Shown: positions 40,224 through 54,547 of the stretch, piece after piece
Numbering within the stretch: position 1 is the first letter of the stretch
Layout of the letters: each line of letters starts with the position of its first letter
Assembly: GCA_964016885.1 (NCBI GenBank)
Contig: OZ024742.1
Span: forward strand, 182,404,001-182,468,000
Reading direction: 5' to 3'
Source of the DNA: Eledone cirrhosa
Lineage: Eukaryota
DNA: 64,000 bases
Notes under the pieces: model-generated
What the model was told of the DNA's origin: nothing
The model's database searches: none
The model's input: the letters and a program-made list of their open reading frames with translations, nothing else
Position numbers and translations under genes: made by a program

Positions 40224-40645
40224 TCTCTCGCTCTCGCTCTCTCTCTGTATATATATATATATATATATGTGTCCAAAATTAAATTAAGGGAGTCATGTCC
40301 GAGACATGCGCCATATCCACCGTTGAATAAGCTCAAAGATTCCAATGAATAGATCCGAGAAATTGATTGACATATATATATATAAACACTGTATATATTC
40401 TCAGGGCGAAACAGATTGAATCTCTAATCTCTTCGGGATATGAAATAGTTATTGAAACGGTCTGTACATTTTACTCTTTATCCCGTATTATCCGTTTGCT
40501 TCAAGTTCAATCTGTTAAACCAACGTGGTATCTTGGCCCTCGTAGTTTTAAACACACAATTTACTGTTTTTATTACTTATATATATATATATGTATATAT
40601 ATATATGTGTGTGTGTATGTGTGTGTGTGTGTGTGTATATATTAA

Positions 40646-40880
40646 TTAAAATAACTTCTTTCACCCTTAACGGGATCTTCTGAAACTAAAAAAATCAATC
40701 AGATTGATTTTTTTTAGTTTTAGTTTCAGAAGATCACGTTAAGGGTGAAAGCAGCGATTCTTTGCTTAAACTTTAATCTGTTATTTTAATAAATATTTGC
40801 TCTACGGTTCTTATATATTTGATATATATATTTATCCTTGTCGAGCCCTCTTTCGATTTTAGTCTTCAAATTTATTATAT
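40646..40880. mobile_element. Family P1 mini-element, second copy, fold-back
   Basis: ctttcacccttaacgggatcttctgaaactaaaa...ttttagtttcagaagatcacgttaagggtgaaag hairpin; tail matches 3664-3815. Confidence 0.8.
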
Positions 40881-41074
40881 ATATGTGAATGAATAACTAT
40901 ATATATATATATATTATTCTATTACTGGTGTTAGTTATAATTATGCGGTGGTGTTGGAGCACCGTCTTGATTTAATATTTACATTTTAAGACTAGTACAT
41001 ATTTTATCAATGTTATGTTTGTCGAACCGTTGCGATACGGGATGTAATCACAGACACAAGTCAACCCGAAACTT

Positions 41075-41650
41075 GACTGCCGAGTCCATAGTAAGGATCA
41101 AACCACCAGCCTCTTTCAAAAACGAAAGAGAGGCGGTTTTCCTCTGTACAGTGGCTATGGTGAAAGAGGTTATATGGTGAACGAGATTGAGAGGACTGAG
41201 GACAGAGGCCTTTCTCTCCGGACTGAGGCCTTTCTCTCCGGACTGAGGCCTTTCTCTCCGGACAACAATTGATTTCCTTCTTTAAGTATCACTTTAGGAG
41301 AATCAGAGTGGAGAGAGAGGCACTTCACCCCAGTAAATTTACTGAAAGGTGGGTGAATGAAGCGAAAATGGCCCGAGTGATTGGTCCTTCTCTGTTTATA
41401 AGCCTGTAGGTTAAAGAAGAGAGCAAAAGGAAGAAAGGAGCACTTGCACAACATGCTCCTGACGTTGAGTGTTGTTCTATCGACGGGGTATTAAATAACC
41501 AATTTGTGGCGCTTCCCTCCTATTGGGGATTTCGATTGTTATAATTGCTTTTTTCAATATTTTTACACGACCGTATGTAAAATCCCCCGCATGTGTCTTT
41601 GTATTGTCCCCTTTTCTTGAGCGCCCTTGTGGCAAATAAAGAAATATATC
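41075..41650 (+). mobile_element. 3' end of L1/Tx1-like LINE
   Basis: Frame reads AVFLCTVAMVKEVIW*TR..FLSGQQLISFFKYHF..RVERE..F.ERW; 3' UTR ends gtggcaaataaagaaa, shared with 62655-62712. Confidence 0.65.
41201..41263 (+). repeat. 20-bp tandem repeat x3 (gactgaggcctttctctccg)
   Basis: Visible directly; frameshifts the LINE relic. Confidence 0.95.
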
Positions 41651-41654
41651 TATC

Positions 41655-41862
41655 GGGCTGGAGATCTGTGTGTCATAATGACATCAGGTACTTCGAGTCC
41701 GGTTGTATACACCGGCTACAAGAAGCAAGATGGAGAAGAAAAGCATTATCAAACATACAAGCAACATTGTACAGTAATCCTCACCATTGCATGATTTGTG
41801 TATTTGCTTGCAAATCATTGTCAGGACTAAAATTACGTACATGGCATAAAATCCCAAACTGA
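41655..41862 (+). mobile_element. RTE-clade C-terminal fragment with zinc-finger-like motif
   Basis: WRSVC..FE..RWRRK..HCMICVFACKSLSGL pattern. Confidence 0.6.
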
Positions 41863-41916
41863 ATGAACCGAATAGGTTGTTTCGATCCTCATACATCGAA
41901 ATCGACAGGGAAGTAC

Positions 41917-41974
<58 letters not shown>

Positions 41975-41977
<3 letters not shown>

Positions 41978-42174
41978 ATTGGTAAGAGAATTGGAGTCAC
42001 AATCGTGAGGTTGTGATTTCGATTCCCGGACTGGGTGATGCGTTATGTCCTTGAGCAAAACACCTTATTTTACGTTGTTCCTTCTACCTGGAGTTGCGAC
42101 CGATAGATAGTATTAGCAATTGGAAAGACCCATTGTTTCCTCGGTCCGATTTCACGAAAGTCGATCGACTGACG

Positions 42175-42177
<3 letters not shown>
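41975..42177 (+). mobile_element. CORE-like SINE family B
   Basis: Matches 50508-50700 and 17632-17845. Confidence 0.85.
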
Positions 42178-42232
<55 letters not shown>

Positions 42233-42586
42233 CGAACTTCGCTGGTATTAATTCAACGGTCTCTGCCCAGCGTCTAGCTCACTCAATGATTTTGATGAAT
42301 TGTAGTAATGGAGTTGCAATCAGCCGTTCAGAGTGTACACATTTAGTTTTAGCAGATGCCGTGGTGGTGTTTAGGTAGAGAGAAAGCTGAAATTCTCATT
42401 CCTTGGACGATATCGTTTCTGTGCAATATATCTTCACAAATGCAGATATTGATCCTCAATGTTCAGAAAATCACGTAATATGTACAGAAATCTACGCAAC
42501 CAAGCTGTTGCACTCATCAGTGGGAAGCCCAAGTCATACTATAGTACCAAACAGTGCGTTAGCCATTGCTTCAGGATATATGTATA

Positions 42587-42781
42587 TAATTGTTTCTACT
42601 TTTTGGCACAAGGCCAGCAATTATCCCAGTGTATTACAGGTACTTTATTTTATCGACCCCGTAAGGATGAAAGGCAAAGTTAACCTCGGCGGGATTTGAA
42701 CTCAGATCATAAAGGACCGTAACTCTTTGCTGCAAAGCATGGCGTCAGACCCTCTACCGATACTGCCAATCCACCGCCCTA
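42587..42781 (-). mobile_element. SINE family M, full length
   Basis: Near-consensus. Confidence 0.92.
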
Positions 42782-43035
42782 CAGGTGAAATCTGTTAAAG
42801 ATGTAACCATTGCATGGTTACTAACCACTTTGTCATTCAAATATATATTATGCAATACAGCAATTACGTAAACATAACGGTCTTAACAATATTTCGTAAA
42901 TATCGCCACCATAATGCTGGAGATATACTTAATGTTGAGTGATTGTTCACTGCTTAAAGTGGATTATCTCCACGGCGTTACAACGTAACCCTCACGGAGA
43001 CATACCCTAATTATCATATACACACAAACACAAAT

Positions 43036-44110
<1,075 letters not shown>

Positions 44111-44111
44111 T

Positions 44112-44300
44112 TAACGCTTAATATAACAGGAAGAGGGTCTTAACGTTTCGGACGCTAGTCCTTCATCAGAAGAAAGAATGAGAAATAAAATAGGTTGAGG
44201 AGACGGGCGGGATGGAAGTAGAAAAAATGTCTTTAGATAAAAATAACAGGTCCATTCATGTTGACTTCTCTTGCAAAAGTGTTGGTGCTGGCGTTTTGTG

Positions 44301-44302
<2 letters not shown>
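44112..44302 (-). mobile_element. Penelope pLTR-like fragment family P5
   Basis: Contains the hammerhead motif at 44138-44172; abuts (TA)n. Confidence 0.6.
44138..44172 (-). ncRNA. Minimal type-I hammerhead ribozyme
   Basis: tctt-CUGAUGA-a-ggac tagc gtcc-GAAAC-GUU-aaga: stem I tctt/aaga, 4-bp stem II, palindromic aacgtt in place of stem III. Confidence 0.75.
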
Positions 44303-44347
<45 letters not shown>

Positions 44348-44351
<4 letters not shown>

Positions 44352-44690
44352 AAAGAACACAAGAGCGTCTACAACATCAAAAGTTTTTTATTGGCTTACA
44401 ATGTTTCTTCCTTACGTAACCGTAGAATTCGTCAGAGCTATAAAAGGGGTTTGATTGGTGTTATGGACTCTACCAACCAAACATTCAAGAACAAAGAGTA
44501 AAGAGAGTAAAGAGCAAAAGCAGGGGACGATAAGTCTAATTTTGGTGCGGTAGGGTGGGGTGTGGGTCCTTGTTTACTATATATATAAATTAAAGGATTA
44601 CAAAGGAGAATACATACTGTTAGAACATATTTATACAAAAGCACCTACGTACGTTTCGCCCCAAAAGGGCATTATTTAACCCTGTAGGCA
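44348..44690 (-). mobile_element. Penelope pLTR-like fragment family P6 with decayed hammerhead
   Basis: Minus strand gccc ttttg gggc GAAACGTACGTA (stem II plus palindromic stem III) at 44645-44670; 5' core decayed. Confidence 0.45.
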
Positions 44691-44786
44691 CAAGTATTGA
44701 GCACAAATGCACTAGCTTTTGGCAACTAACTATATGTATCGCTTATAGCTTTAAACCTCTACTCTCTCACGATACTAAAATATTCT

Positions 44787-44831
<45 letters not shown>

Positions 44832-45213
44832 AAACACTTACGTGTTTTTGTTGTAATTGACAATAAAATAGTTAGAATGAAATATCTTAATTCAAATACA
44901 TATAGTCTGCCTGTGTCGATCTAAAAAAATAATAAATCAATACTCACAAACACATATCGGCAAAAGGCCTTGGTACCTAGACACGTTTAAATTTCAAAAT
45001 ACAAACTTTTTCCGCAGATCAGTCCGAACTTCAAAATTTAAACATATATATATATAGGTAGATTCGGGATTGAGATCGGGAGATGACCAAAGTTAAAAAA
45101 AGTATTCAAGAAATTTGTAGAGTATAGGCATCTTTAATTTATATAGAAATGACTTCTACAGGGGTGGAAGTGTTTCATTCATACTAATGAAACTATTCTC
45201 ACCTTGAAGACGT

Positions 45214-45271
<58 letters not shown>

Positions 45272-45289
45272 AATATATATATATATAAA

Positions 45290-45449
45290 GGAACGTTTCG
45301 ACGGCTAATTCTAGTCCAGAATTAGCCGTCGAAACGGCTTGAGCTCAGCCGTCGGGGTCCTACTCGTTCCTATTACCCACTCTACTACCCTAAGTATTGA
45401 GTACTTTGGTGCGTTATGGTCCACCTGGTTCTTTACCACATTTCCTTCG

Positions 45450-45451
<2 letters not shown>
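45290..45451 (+). mobile_element. Family P2 mini-element, second copy
   Basis: Near-identical to 20758-20982 with a shorter fold-back; GAAACGGCT tgagctc AGCCGTC half-hammerhead. Confidence 0.8.
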
Positions 45452-45485
<34 letters not shown>

Positions 45486-46239
45486 TGAGAGAGAGAGAGA
45501 GAGAGAGAGAGAGGTGTGGGCGAGGGAAAGAGTGAGACAGACCTATTTGTTTGTAATGGAAATATGTTTATATAGTTCACTGGCATATATTAATTTTATA
45601 TATTATCGATCCAAGACCAATGAACGTCAATGTCGACCTCTCTGAATTTTAACCCCAGAACGCAAGGGAACAAAAGTAAATATAGAAATGCATTTAATCC
45701 GCTGCTCTCAAGTGGAATAGCTGCAATCATTTCGGATCGTATTGTATCGATTTCCACAAATAAACAAGTACACACACATACACAAGCGCGTACGTTCACA
45801 TACCGAAACACACGCACACACATACATACAGCAGAAATATTGTAACGAGGAAAGTATGAATATAACCTTTGCTCCCAAATCGATAAGCAGAATCCAAGTC
45901 TTTAATCTGAAGCTGGTCTAATCTAGGAGGTGGGCCAAAATGTCGCAAGGTCACTAATGATGTTCCTAGTACTAACACGTAAACACGCATAGCCTAATGG
46001 TTAAGGTGTTCGATTTGTAATCATAACGTCGTAGTTCAATTCTTGGACAGAGCGGCACCTCATATCCTAAGGAAGACTCTTCACTTGATGTTTATGAGAC
46101 TGAAACCCCTGTCATTTAAACAACTGAGAAACCTCCTATGAGATACAACTTACTGTATTCCTGACATTTGTCTATTTTTTATTCAGTTGCTTGGCTGAAA
46201 CTGGTTAGCTTGTTCTCTGTGATGGATTCTATTTGGTGA

Positions 46240-46650
46240 ACTTATTCACCCTTTCCTTATAGAGTTGCCGACTGTATAGGGCAAGAGATTTTCTAGTTAA
46301 ACTTTGTCTCGCTATGTAGGCGGGAGCTTATCCAAATTTCAGGAGGCATTAAGCGATTGAAACTATAAGATTACCTCCGTTGTATGAACAATAAATATTG
46401 TTAGGAGTTTTTGTTCTGATATTGTGCGAAAACCAAAGGTGAGATTTGCAGGCGATTGCCATCTTTCCTCGAATGGAGCTATATCTTTCTTAGTTTCTAG
46501 AAACCAACAACTGTCAATGGTTAAAGCTCTCCTATCCAAATGCCAGAGAAATAAACTCTCGTATTAATGTTCGGGATCTAGGCAATGCAACGAGCAACAG
46601 ATCTAAGTAGAGATTGAACGTTGAGAACAATCCAGCGGAGACTGCCGGAT
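46240..46650 (+). mobile_element. Highly decayed LINE RT relic (CR1/L2-like)
   Basis: Fragmentary KPKVRFAGDC (FADD-like) and VRDLG motifs across stops and frameshifts. Confidence 0.3.
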
Positions 46651-47425
46651 GATACTATTAGTTAGATACAGTGATAAAAAAGACAAACTTTGAAATTAAA
46701 CATATGTTTCTTTCTATAAACCAAAAATATGCGATAAGAAGCTACTACAGTATTTTTTTATCGCACCATACTGTGTTGAGAAAAACGAAGGATACATTGG
46801 AAAATGTATTCCAAGAAGACGAGATATTTGCGGCGGCTGGAACACTTTCGATCATAGATCTATTCAATCAAGACACACGTGGAGTTAAAAATGATTTCTA
46901 ACCTAGGCACAAGCTCTACAATTTATGGAGAAAGGTGATTTGGCTATATCGACCCTAGTGTAGTATTTTATTTTATCAGCCCCCGGGGGGATATGAATTT
47001 AGATGTAAAGAGCAGGAGCAAATGTGACAAAGCAATTTGCTCAACGCTCTAACGATTCTGATAACCCACCTTAATAACACCAGCATAAAAACAGTCCATT
47101 TGTTTGGATATCGGTCTTGCCATTAAATGGTAAAATATGTAAGAACTTAGTAGGGAACTCCAACACAGATAATGAAGGATCAGATATACGTGTTTAAAAA
47201 AACTAACATACACACACAAAAAAAAAAAGAACGGTATTATCTTTCAGTGAAAAATAGTCTGAACACTTCATCAGGTAATTTATTTGTAACATGAGAGTTG
47301 GAAGAGGAAATAATTACTAAATATTTCTTATGTTATCTCAAGATGCGTTTAACTTTACTTCGTTTTCCAGAGAGATACGCTTGAATGTTTCAGAGGTCAT
47401 AATATACTATACGCATTTCTGTATG

Positions 47426-47514
<89 letters not shown>

Positions 47515-47569
47515 CTATGTATGTATGTATGCATGTATATATGTGTGCATGTATGTATATATGTATGTA

Positions 47570-47606
<37 letters not shown>

Positions 47607-47708
47607 ATACTTATGAGTCCATTATTCCTTAGTTAAAACAATCTCTGTGTATGTGTGTGGTATGCATGTATGTGTGTGTATGTATGTGTGTATGTAGTTA
47701 TTTATGTG

Positions 47709-49970
47709 TGTTCTTCTGGTTTTATAATTTCACAAAGTTTTACCAATAGAGAGAGAGTCGGTTTCTAACATAGACACAAGACTCTCTCATTGGAATTCAC
47801 ACAACATCAACTAGGTAGATATGTATGCATGCATGTGTAGATATGGATGTTATTGTATGTGTGGATGTGGATGTTTTGAGTTGTATGTGTTCATGTGTAT
47901 ATGCTTTGCATCTGTACATGTGTATATGCAGTTATTAGATGCAAAATATTTTGAATATTTTACATATTTTTACTGTTCCATTAATGGATTGTACTTGTAA
48001 TTTCCTAACTAGTTGTGTTCTTTCTGTTCCTGTGAAGCCTAGCTTCTCAAGATTTGTATTGAGGCAGTTACTAACATACCCCAGTGCCCCAATAATCACG
48101 GGCATAAATCTGAAGGTGTAATCAGGGTGGAGTATCTGCAGATTTCTCATCAGTTCTGCATAAATATTCTCCTTTTCGCTAATCTTTGATATTATATTGG
48201 CATCTGCTGAGAAGCTAATTTCCACTACTGTGCATGTTTTCTTCTCCCTGTCCCATATCATAATATCTGCTCTGTTAGGCCTGCATTTTATTTGGGGTTT
48301 TACTGGAACATTCCACCAGTACTCTTTCATATTATGTACATGGATGTCTTCCACATTGCTGTAGCTTTTAATGTGTTTATTATCGGGGCTATCTTTTTTA
48401 CGAACTGCATTGTACAGTGTTTTGGCCACTACATTATGCCTCATAGGTAGATAGTGCCGCGATGACATCTTTGGACAGCTGCTGATGATATGGGTGATAT
48501 CCTCGATGTTAGTTCTGCAGAGTCTGCACTTGTTATCACATCTAGGTGTTTTGCCTGCATCCCTATCTCTTTTGCGAATCAGGTATTTCGTGTTAATCTC
48601 CTGTTCTTGGATTGCAAAAGCGTATCCTTCAAAATGGGAGCCAATATAGCGGTTATTGGTCCAAGATAGACTACTTTCCTTATCTATATTACTCTCACTC
48701 TGGAGCTTCCTGGCAACATATCCATGCATGATTTTTTGCTGACAAGCATGCAGTTTTTCATCCATGGATTCACTGCGATACTGCTGAGCGATTCCCTGGG
48801 TGTGAGTTTTTGATTATCACACAGGGAATATCTCTCGAGGAGTTCCTTTCCAACTCTCATCATCTTATCGGTTTCATGCAGATAGACTTGCTTGAAAAAC
48901 GGGCTCCTACGCTTTGAGGTTCGTAGATGTTGTAGGAGAGATATGATGCGACATTCAAATGCTGTCTGGACTGATGTTAGGCCTATGCCTCTCTGCTTAC
49001 GTTTCAAGTAAAGACGTTTCAAGTAAAGATGTGGAAGTTTCCGGTGTTGTTTAGTATTTTTCGAGTTCCAACATCAACTGCTCGGATTTCGTCTATCGTC
49101 CAATTGAGTATTCCAAACGTTGGTGTTAGGACAGGCACAGCAAATACATTTGTGAGCCACTGTTTTGTTTTGCGCAGAGAGTTCCGATGACCAGATCTTT
49201 CTTAATCGGGTGTAGTATTATAGATACCATTATAGATTATGTTCTTATCTATCCCCAGGTATCTGTAGCAGTCCTCATCAGATATCGGTGAAACAGTTAG
49301 GCCATTGATGACAATGTTGCTAGATTGGGTTGTTGTTTTTCCTCGCTTTACAGTCATGTATGAGCATTTATCTTGGCCAAACTTCATTCCTATATCCTTT
49401 GAGAACGTTGTAACCAGGTCAAGATTTTTTTTCATCCCATCCATGTTCTTGGCATAGAGTTTCAGATCGCCCACGAAGAAATTATGGGTTAGGTTCGTAT
49501 TTCTGTCCTCCTGTGAGCCAATAATTTCTGTCCTCACATTTCTTGAGCAGAAAGGACAAGGGGTTTAATGAGAAGATGAATAATATCACAGAGAGACTGT
49601 CCCCCTGAAAATATACCCATGCAATATTTTATCAGTGGAAATAGAGTCCTCCCTCTCTGTCTTTAACCTTAGGATAGTAGCCCAAGAATAATAAAGCCTC
49701 CTTATGGCTCTGACAATAATGTCTGGGACTTTAGCAAGTTGGAGGGCCTCTATCATCCAAGAATGGGGAACAGAATCGAAAGCTTTCCTGTAGTCCAGCC
49801 AGACTGTACTCATATTCCTCCTAAGTTGTCGAACCTCCGATATCGCAGTTTTGTTGATTAGGAGTTGTTCAGCACATCCCCAAAGCCCTTTCTTTCCAGC
49901 TGCTTGTTCATCTGTGATGATGTTATTATTTTCACAGTGATCTAGGTTCAGGCAGGCTGTATACATCTTA
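47709..49970 (-). mobile_element. 5'-truncated R4/Dong-like non-LTR retrotransposon (RT plus CCHC and restriction-like endonuclease), frameshifted
   Basis: EQAAGKKG..GCAEQLLIN..WLDYRKAFDSVPH, HNFFVGDLKLYA, YRYLGI, RLYLKRKQRGIGL, CRLC..EDITHIISSC, RHNVVAK, RADIMIWDREKKTCTVVEIS. Confidence 0.93.
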
Positions 49971-50507
49971 TCTGCATGTATGTACCTATGTATTTATGTA
50001 TGTATGTCAACTTCTTAGATCTGTAATGAATTCAAATCTAAGAAGTATTCAAATGTTTTATAATGATATTTATGCACCATTAACATTGCATATTAAATGC
50101 TAGAAACAGGTGTTGTTAAACAAAGATCGCTGTAAAACAATTTCATTTCTAAGCAGTTTATTTAAAGTGTTTATTCAGACGTTATTCTTATCGTTATGTA
50201 CAGTTTTATGTCCCTAAAAGACGGACCATAAACCCGGCTAATGAAAATGTGTGCCATCGATTGAATCGGCTTTTGTAGTGTAAAGTTAAACTTTAGGCAA
50301 ATAGAGTCTGAGAAGCAGTTTCGATTCTTATAGTAAACATTTTATTGATTTAAAAGTACATATTCAATAGTGTACTTTTACAAAGAAAGAAAAGGGGAGT
50401 TAAGAGGTGAAGGCAAACTCTATATGGTATACTGTGGAGAACATCTAGCTATGCCCTCTGTATTAGCTATTCCACCTTGTGGGAGTCATTAATTCATAGT
50501 TATTAAT

Positions 50508-50700
50508 TGGCTGATTGGTAAGAGAATTGATTCGCAATCATGAGGTTGTCAGTTCGATTCCTGAACCCGCCGATGCGCTATGTCCTTGAGCAAGACACTT
50601 TATTTCACATTGCTCCTTCTACCTGGAGTTGCGACCGATAGATGGTATTAGCAATTGTTTCCTCGGTCTGATTTGATGAAAGTCGATCAACTGTCGATAT
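50508..50700 (+). mobile_element. CORE-like SINE family B
   Basis: agttcgattcc B box, gtccttgagcaagacactttatttcac core, gaaagtcgatcaactgtcgat tail. Confidence 0.85.
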
Positions 50701-51010
50701 ACTAATCTTCCACTCAGACTTTCATATCAGCATGGTTATCACTCCATCTAATATACCATTCTACCACTTACACACTCATATGTCCAGTTACCAATCCAAC
50801 TAATATTCCACCCCCTCAATCAAACTTTCATAGTTAACACTCCATAGGTAACATCCATAGTTAACACTCCAGTAGGTAACTCTCTACCACCTACTCTCAT
50901 ATCTAAATGTATACCATTCGAACGAATACATTATCTACTTAGTTACCATAACAATTGACAATTTCTTCATAGTTACTCTTCCAACTACCCTGTCTCCATA
51001 GTTACCCCTT
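50700..51010. repeat. Degenerate C/A-rich tandem repeat (catagttaacactcca-like)
   Basis: Recurrent catagtta/ctcca units. Confidence 0.55.
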
Positions 51011-52065
51011 AAACCAACACAATATCACCATCATCATAGTTACAGCTATGATTAACATAATAATATATGGATGTTGGCCTATGTAATATAATATTTCTAA
51101 AGATAGGCTCTGCAGCTAACCTAATTAGTCTTCTAACTAACACAATCATCATTCGTTGTTTGTTTTTTTTTCCATTTTCTAAGCAATGCAATATCTCTAC
51201 AGCTCCATAGTATCTCTCCCCAAAACTAATACCCAACACACCATTAACACAATATTCACACAAATTGCCTCTCGACAAAGAGAACAAAACAACATTTACA
51301 CCGTGTATATATTTCCAATAATTCTTCCGTTTACTATAATCCCTTGAGCTATTATTGTTTTCTATAATACCTTCCTATATGAACCTTCATTCCTCTTTCC
51401 CTCCTCTCCCTATTCCCTGTTATTGAACAGTAAATTATTTGTAATCTCCCATAATCCTTATTAATCTTATTTTTCTCGTACGTTTTCCTTCAAATAAAAA
51501 TAGAGTTTGTTATAATGATTCCATCCATATAAGCTGAATAGCGTAAAATTGTGGATATTGTATTGACAAGTATTTAGTCGAACCATGGCAACAATCAATG
51601 AAATGAGAGTTTTACATTTCGGTAAAAGGAAAATGACTGCCAGATTTTGTCATCAATTTTGTAAGTTAATAGTGCTGTGTTAATGCAAATATCTGGTGTA
51701 TCTCATAGTATAATATGAGTAATTGTAAAAGTTCTTCTTTACGTAGATTTTATATGTAGGACTATTTAATAAAGTTACTTCCTCTGCAGTATATAAAAAC
51801 TAGAAAGATAAAACAGCTGCACAAATAGGATAAATAACTTCTTAACTCTTATTGAGTGCTTAACCACAGTGATATTATCAATGAAGAGATATATTTTCGA
51901 CACCAACATTCATTAGTGTTGATTCGGATGCATTTATTTTCAGTATTTGTTCCGGCTCTTGATGTTTGGTGTTCGAATTCCGCTGATGTGAACTTAGCCC
52001 TTTATCCTCAGAAGGACGAACACATAAAGTAATAGTCAAGTAATGAGATCGATTGTTCCGACACC

Positions 52066-52135
<70 letters not shown>

Positions 52136-52187
52136 CTCTCTCTTCTTCTCTCTCTCCTTCTCTCTCTCTTTCTTTCTCTCTCTCTCA

Positions 52188-52228
<41 letters not shown>

Positions 52229-52275
52229 GTAATAATAAATGTAAAGAGTAAAATCCGAAGAGGATTCGATAAGGA

Positions 52276-52320
<45 letters not shown>

Positions 52321-52557
52321 TATACCATTGGTTAGACATACCGTTGGTTAGAATAGCGGTGCCACTAAAAACCGTCAGCAGTTAAGGATTCTTTACTTTT
52401 ATGATTTCATCTGGTGCTATCTTTCTTCTGCCTTTTTTTTTGAGAACTAATGAATTTTAATAACCCATTTCTATCTAGCTTTAAATAGAAACCAGAGAAG
52501 AGTAGCCAAATCCTCCGTATATCACCCCGTATTATCCTAGAAAAGGATACCTTAGAC

Positions 52558-52723
52558 AAGAGTTTCTAAAGCTTTTTCACAGCCGTACCCTTTTTGGTTC
52601 AGAAACATTTAGGGGAACCCCTAAGTCTAATACTGTTATTTGGTCGTAATATAAATATACTCTTCTACCTTTTTTCACGGCACCCCAAACACTCCTTTGC
52701 GGAACTCACTTTGGGAACCACTG
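52558..52723. mobile_element. hAT-type MITE
   Basis: Right terminus tttgggaaccactg, degenerate left aagagtttctaaag; TSD ccttagac / tcttagac. Confidence 0.7.
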
Positions 52724-53279
52724 TCTTAGACAATGTTGAATGTGGATCTGGGTTTCCTCCACACGGGAAAAATCATGCTTAGAATGCCCTTGATCATAGG
52801 CTTTTTTTCAATCAGGACACACCAGGGCAACTACAAAAGTAACAAATACAACGAAAGCTAACAGGTGTACGAACCGGAAGTGCTATATAATTAATGGTTA
52901 CTTCGTTGGTACACATTTTAATCCTTTACTCCTTTGTGTTTCTTCCTGAAAATTCTAAAAATAGTCTTATCTACATGGTAACCAGAAAGTGTATATGTCA
53001 CAGGGGGATTTATAAACATCTTACATCTTGCTTAGCTCAGCTAATATTTTATTATCTCTAGTTTCTGGGACTTTAAGCAGATGTCAGATTAATATACTCC
53101 AAAATATACGATCGTTTACTTCAGATGATTTTTTTTTTATATAAGAGAGGAATAGGTGGTATGGCAAACAAGCGTTGTATCTGCCTTTGGTAAACAGGGA
53201 TGAATTGAAGGTGCAAACATATTAACGTAGAATTTTCCTCTGTCAAGAATTGGAAAGTTAAAAGGGAAATGTTTTAATG

Positions 53280-53313
<34 letters not shown>

Positions 53314-54348
53314 ATAAAATTTTAAAAGGTTGAATCTAAAATTTACAATAGTTTAGAATGTTTGATTAACATCTACTATACATATATATATATACAATGA
53401 ATCTATGGTAAATGTTCAGATTATAGACGTGTTCAGTTCACTATGAGATACCAATGTAGTGTTAACACGTTCGATATCATGTTTCTAATGACAGACACTG
53501 CCAATTTTCTCATTATTTAGCTCGTGTTTATATAATAAATTAACAAAGGTTCTTACATGGAATTATTGCTATTATAACAACAGTTCTAATATCTATAATA
53601 TTGTCTAAAATGAAGACATGTTTGGATAGGGGTAAATATGATATGACTTTGTTTAAAACACTCTTTTTATTTTATATCCTATCGATCTAATTTTAGAAGT
53701 ATGTGAAGTTACTAGGCTACAATCGTAATGTCATTTGTCAATTCCAGTCGGTACGTAGACTCCTTGAGTTGTCCCTGAAAATTCAAAAGGCTAGCCTTAT
53801 CACACACTGTGTCAAGCTGAATGTCCTTACTTACACGTTCATTTGACGAGCAGGCAGTCCCGATGTTTGAACAACTGGAAGATTTGCCGTAGTAGACGAT
53901 GGAGGCCCATCAATATTAAAAGTGTCTCACGGAAGTATTAGTGAGTAATCATATCTGCATGTCTTCTTAATAATTACTAATCTTAATTAGTATTGATGAT
54001 TTCTCTAGTTATTTCTAAGAGAATGTGGGCCAATCATGCTCCTATTTATTAAATTTAAGACAAACTGTTCTTGGCGAATCTACAAGAAGAAAACACTTTT
54101 GACTCCAGGCGCAAGCCCTTTTACTTTCGTCATTGACAAAGGTGGGATTATGGCAAAAACTCATTTCTCCTTCCTGCCTCTACTAATATGTAGAATTGTG
54201 TTCCAGTAAGATATACGCATAAGCTAGTGTACTGTTAGGTTACAAGGCAACCAAGTTACTATAGCTCTTCAAAAGAAGAAACTATATTTAGCGAATATTT
54301 GCTTCAAATGTAACTGGTGTCAAGAATTTAGAAAGTTCGCATCTCTTT

Positions 54349-54390
<42 letters not shown>

Positions 54391-54462
54391 TGTGTGTATG
54401 TATATTTATATATGTATAGACAGACACACACGCACTCTCTCTCTCTCTTTATCTCTTTCTCT

Positions 54463-54547
<85 letters not shown>

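Noticed and set aside
41201-41263. 20-bp direct repeats as a CRISPR-like array
   Set aside because: Head-to-tail with no spacers, inside a LINE relic, in eukaryotic DNA
42225-42580. Mostly open plus-strand frame in unique sequence
   Set aside because: Interrupted by stops, no motif or splice sites; track ORFs are extended by flanking SINEs
45867-45965. 99-nt minus-strand exon candidate (GTSLVTLRHFGPPPRLDQLQIKDLDSAYRFGSK)
   Set aside because: Weak acceptor tract and weak donor (gttata), no partner exons; within chance expectation
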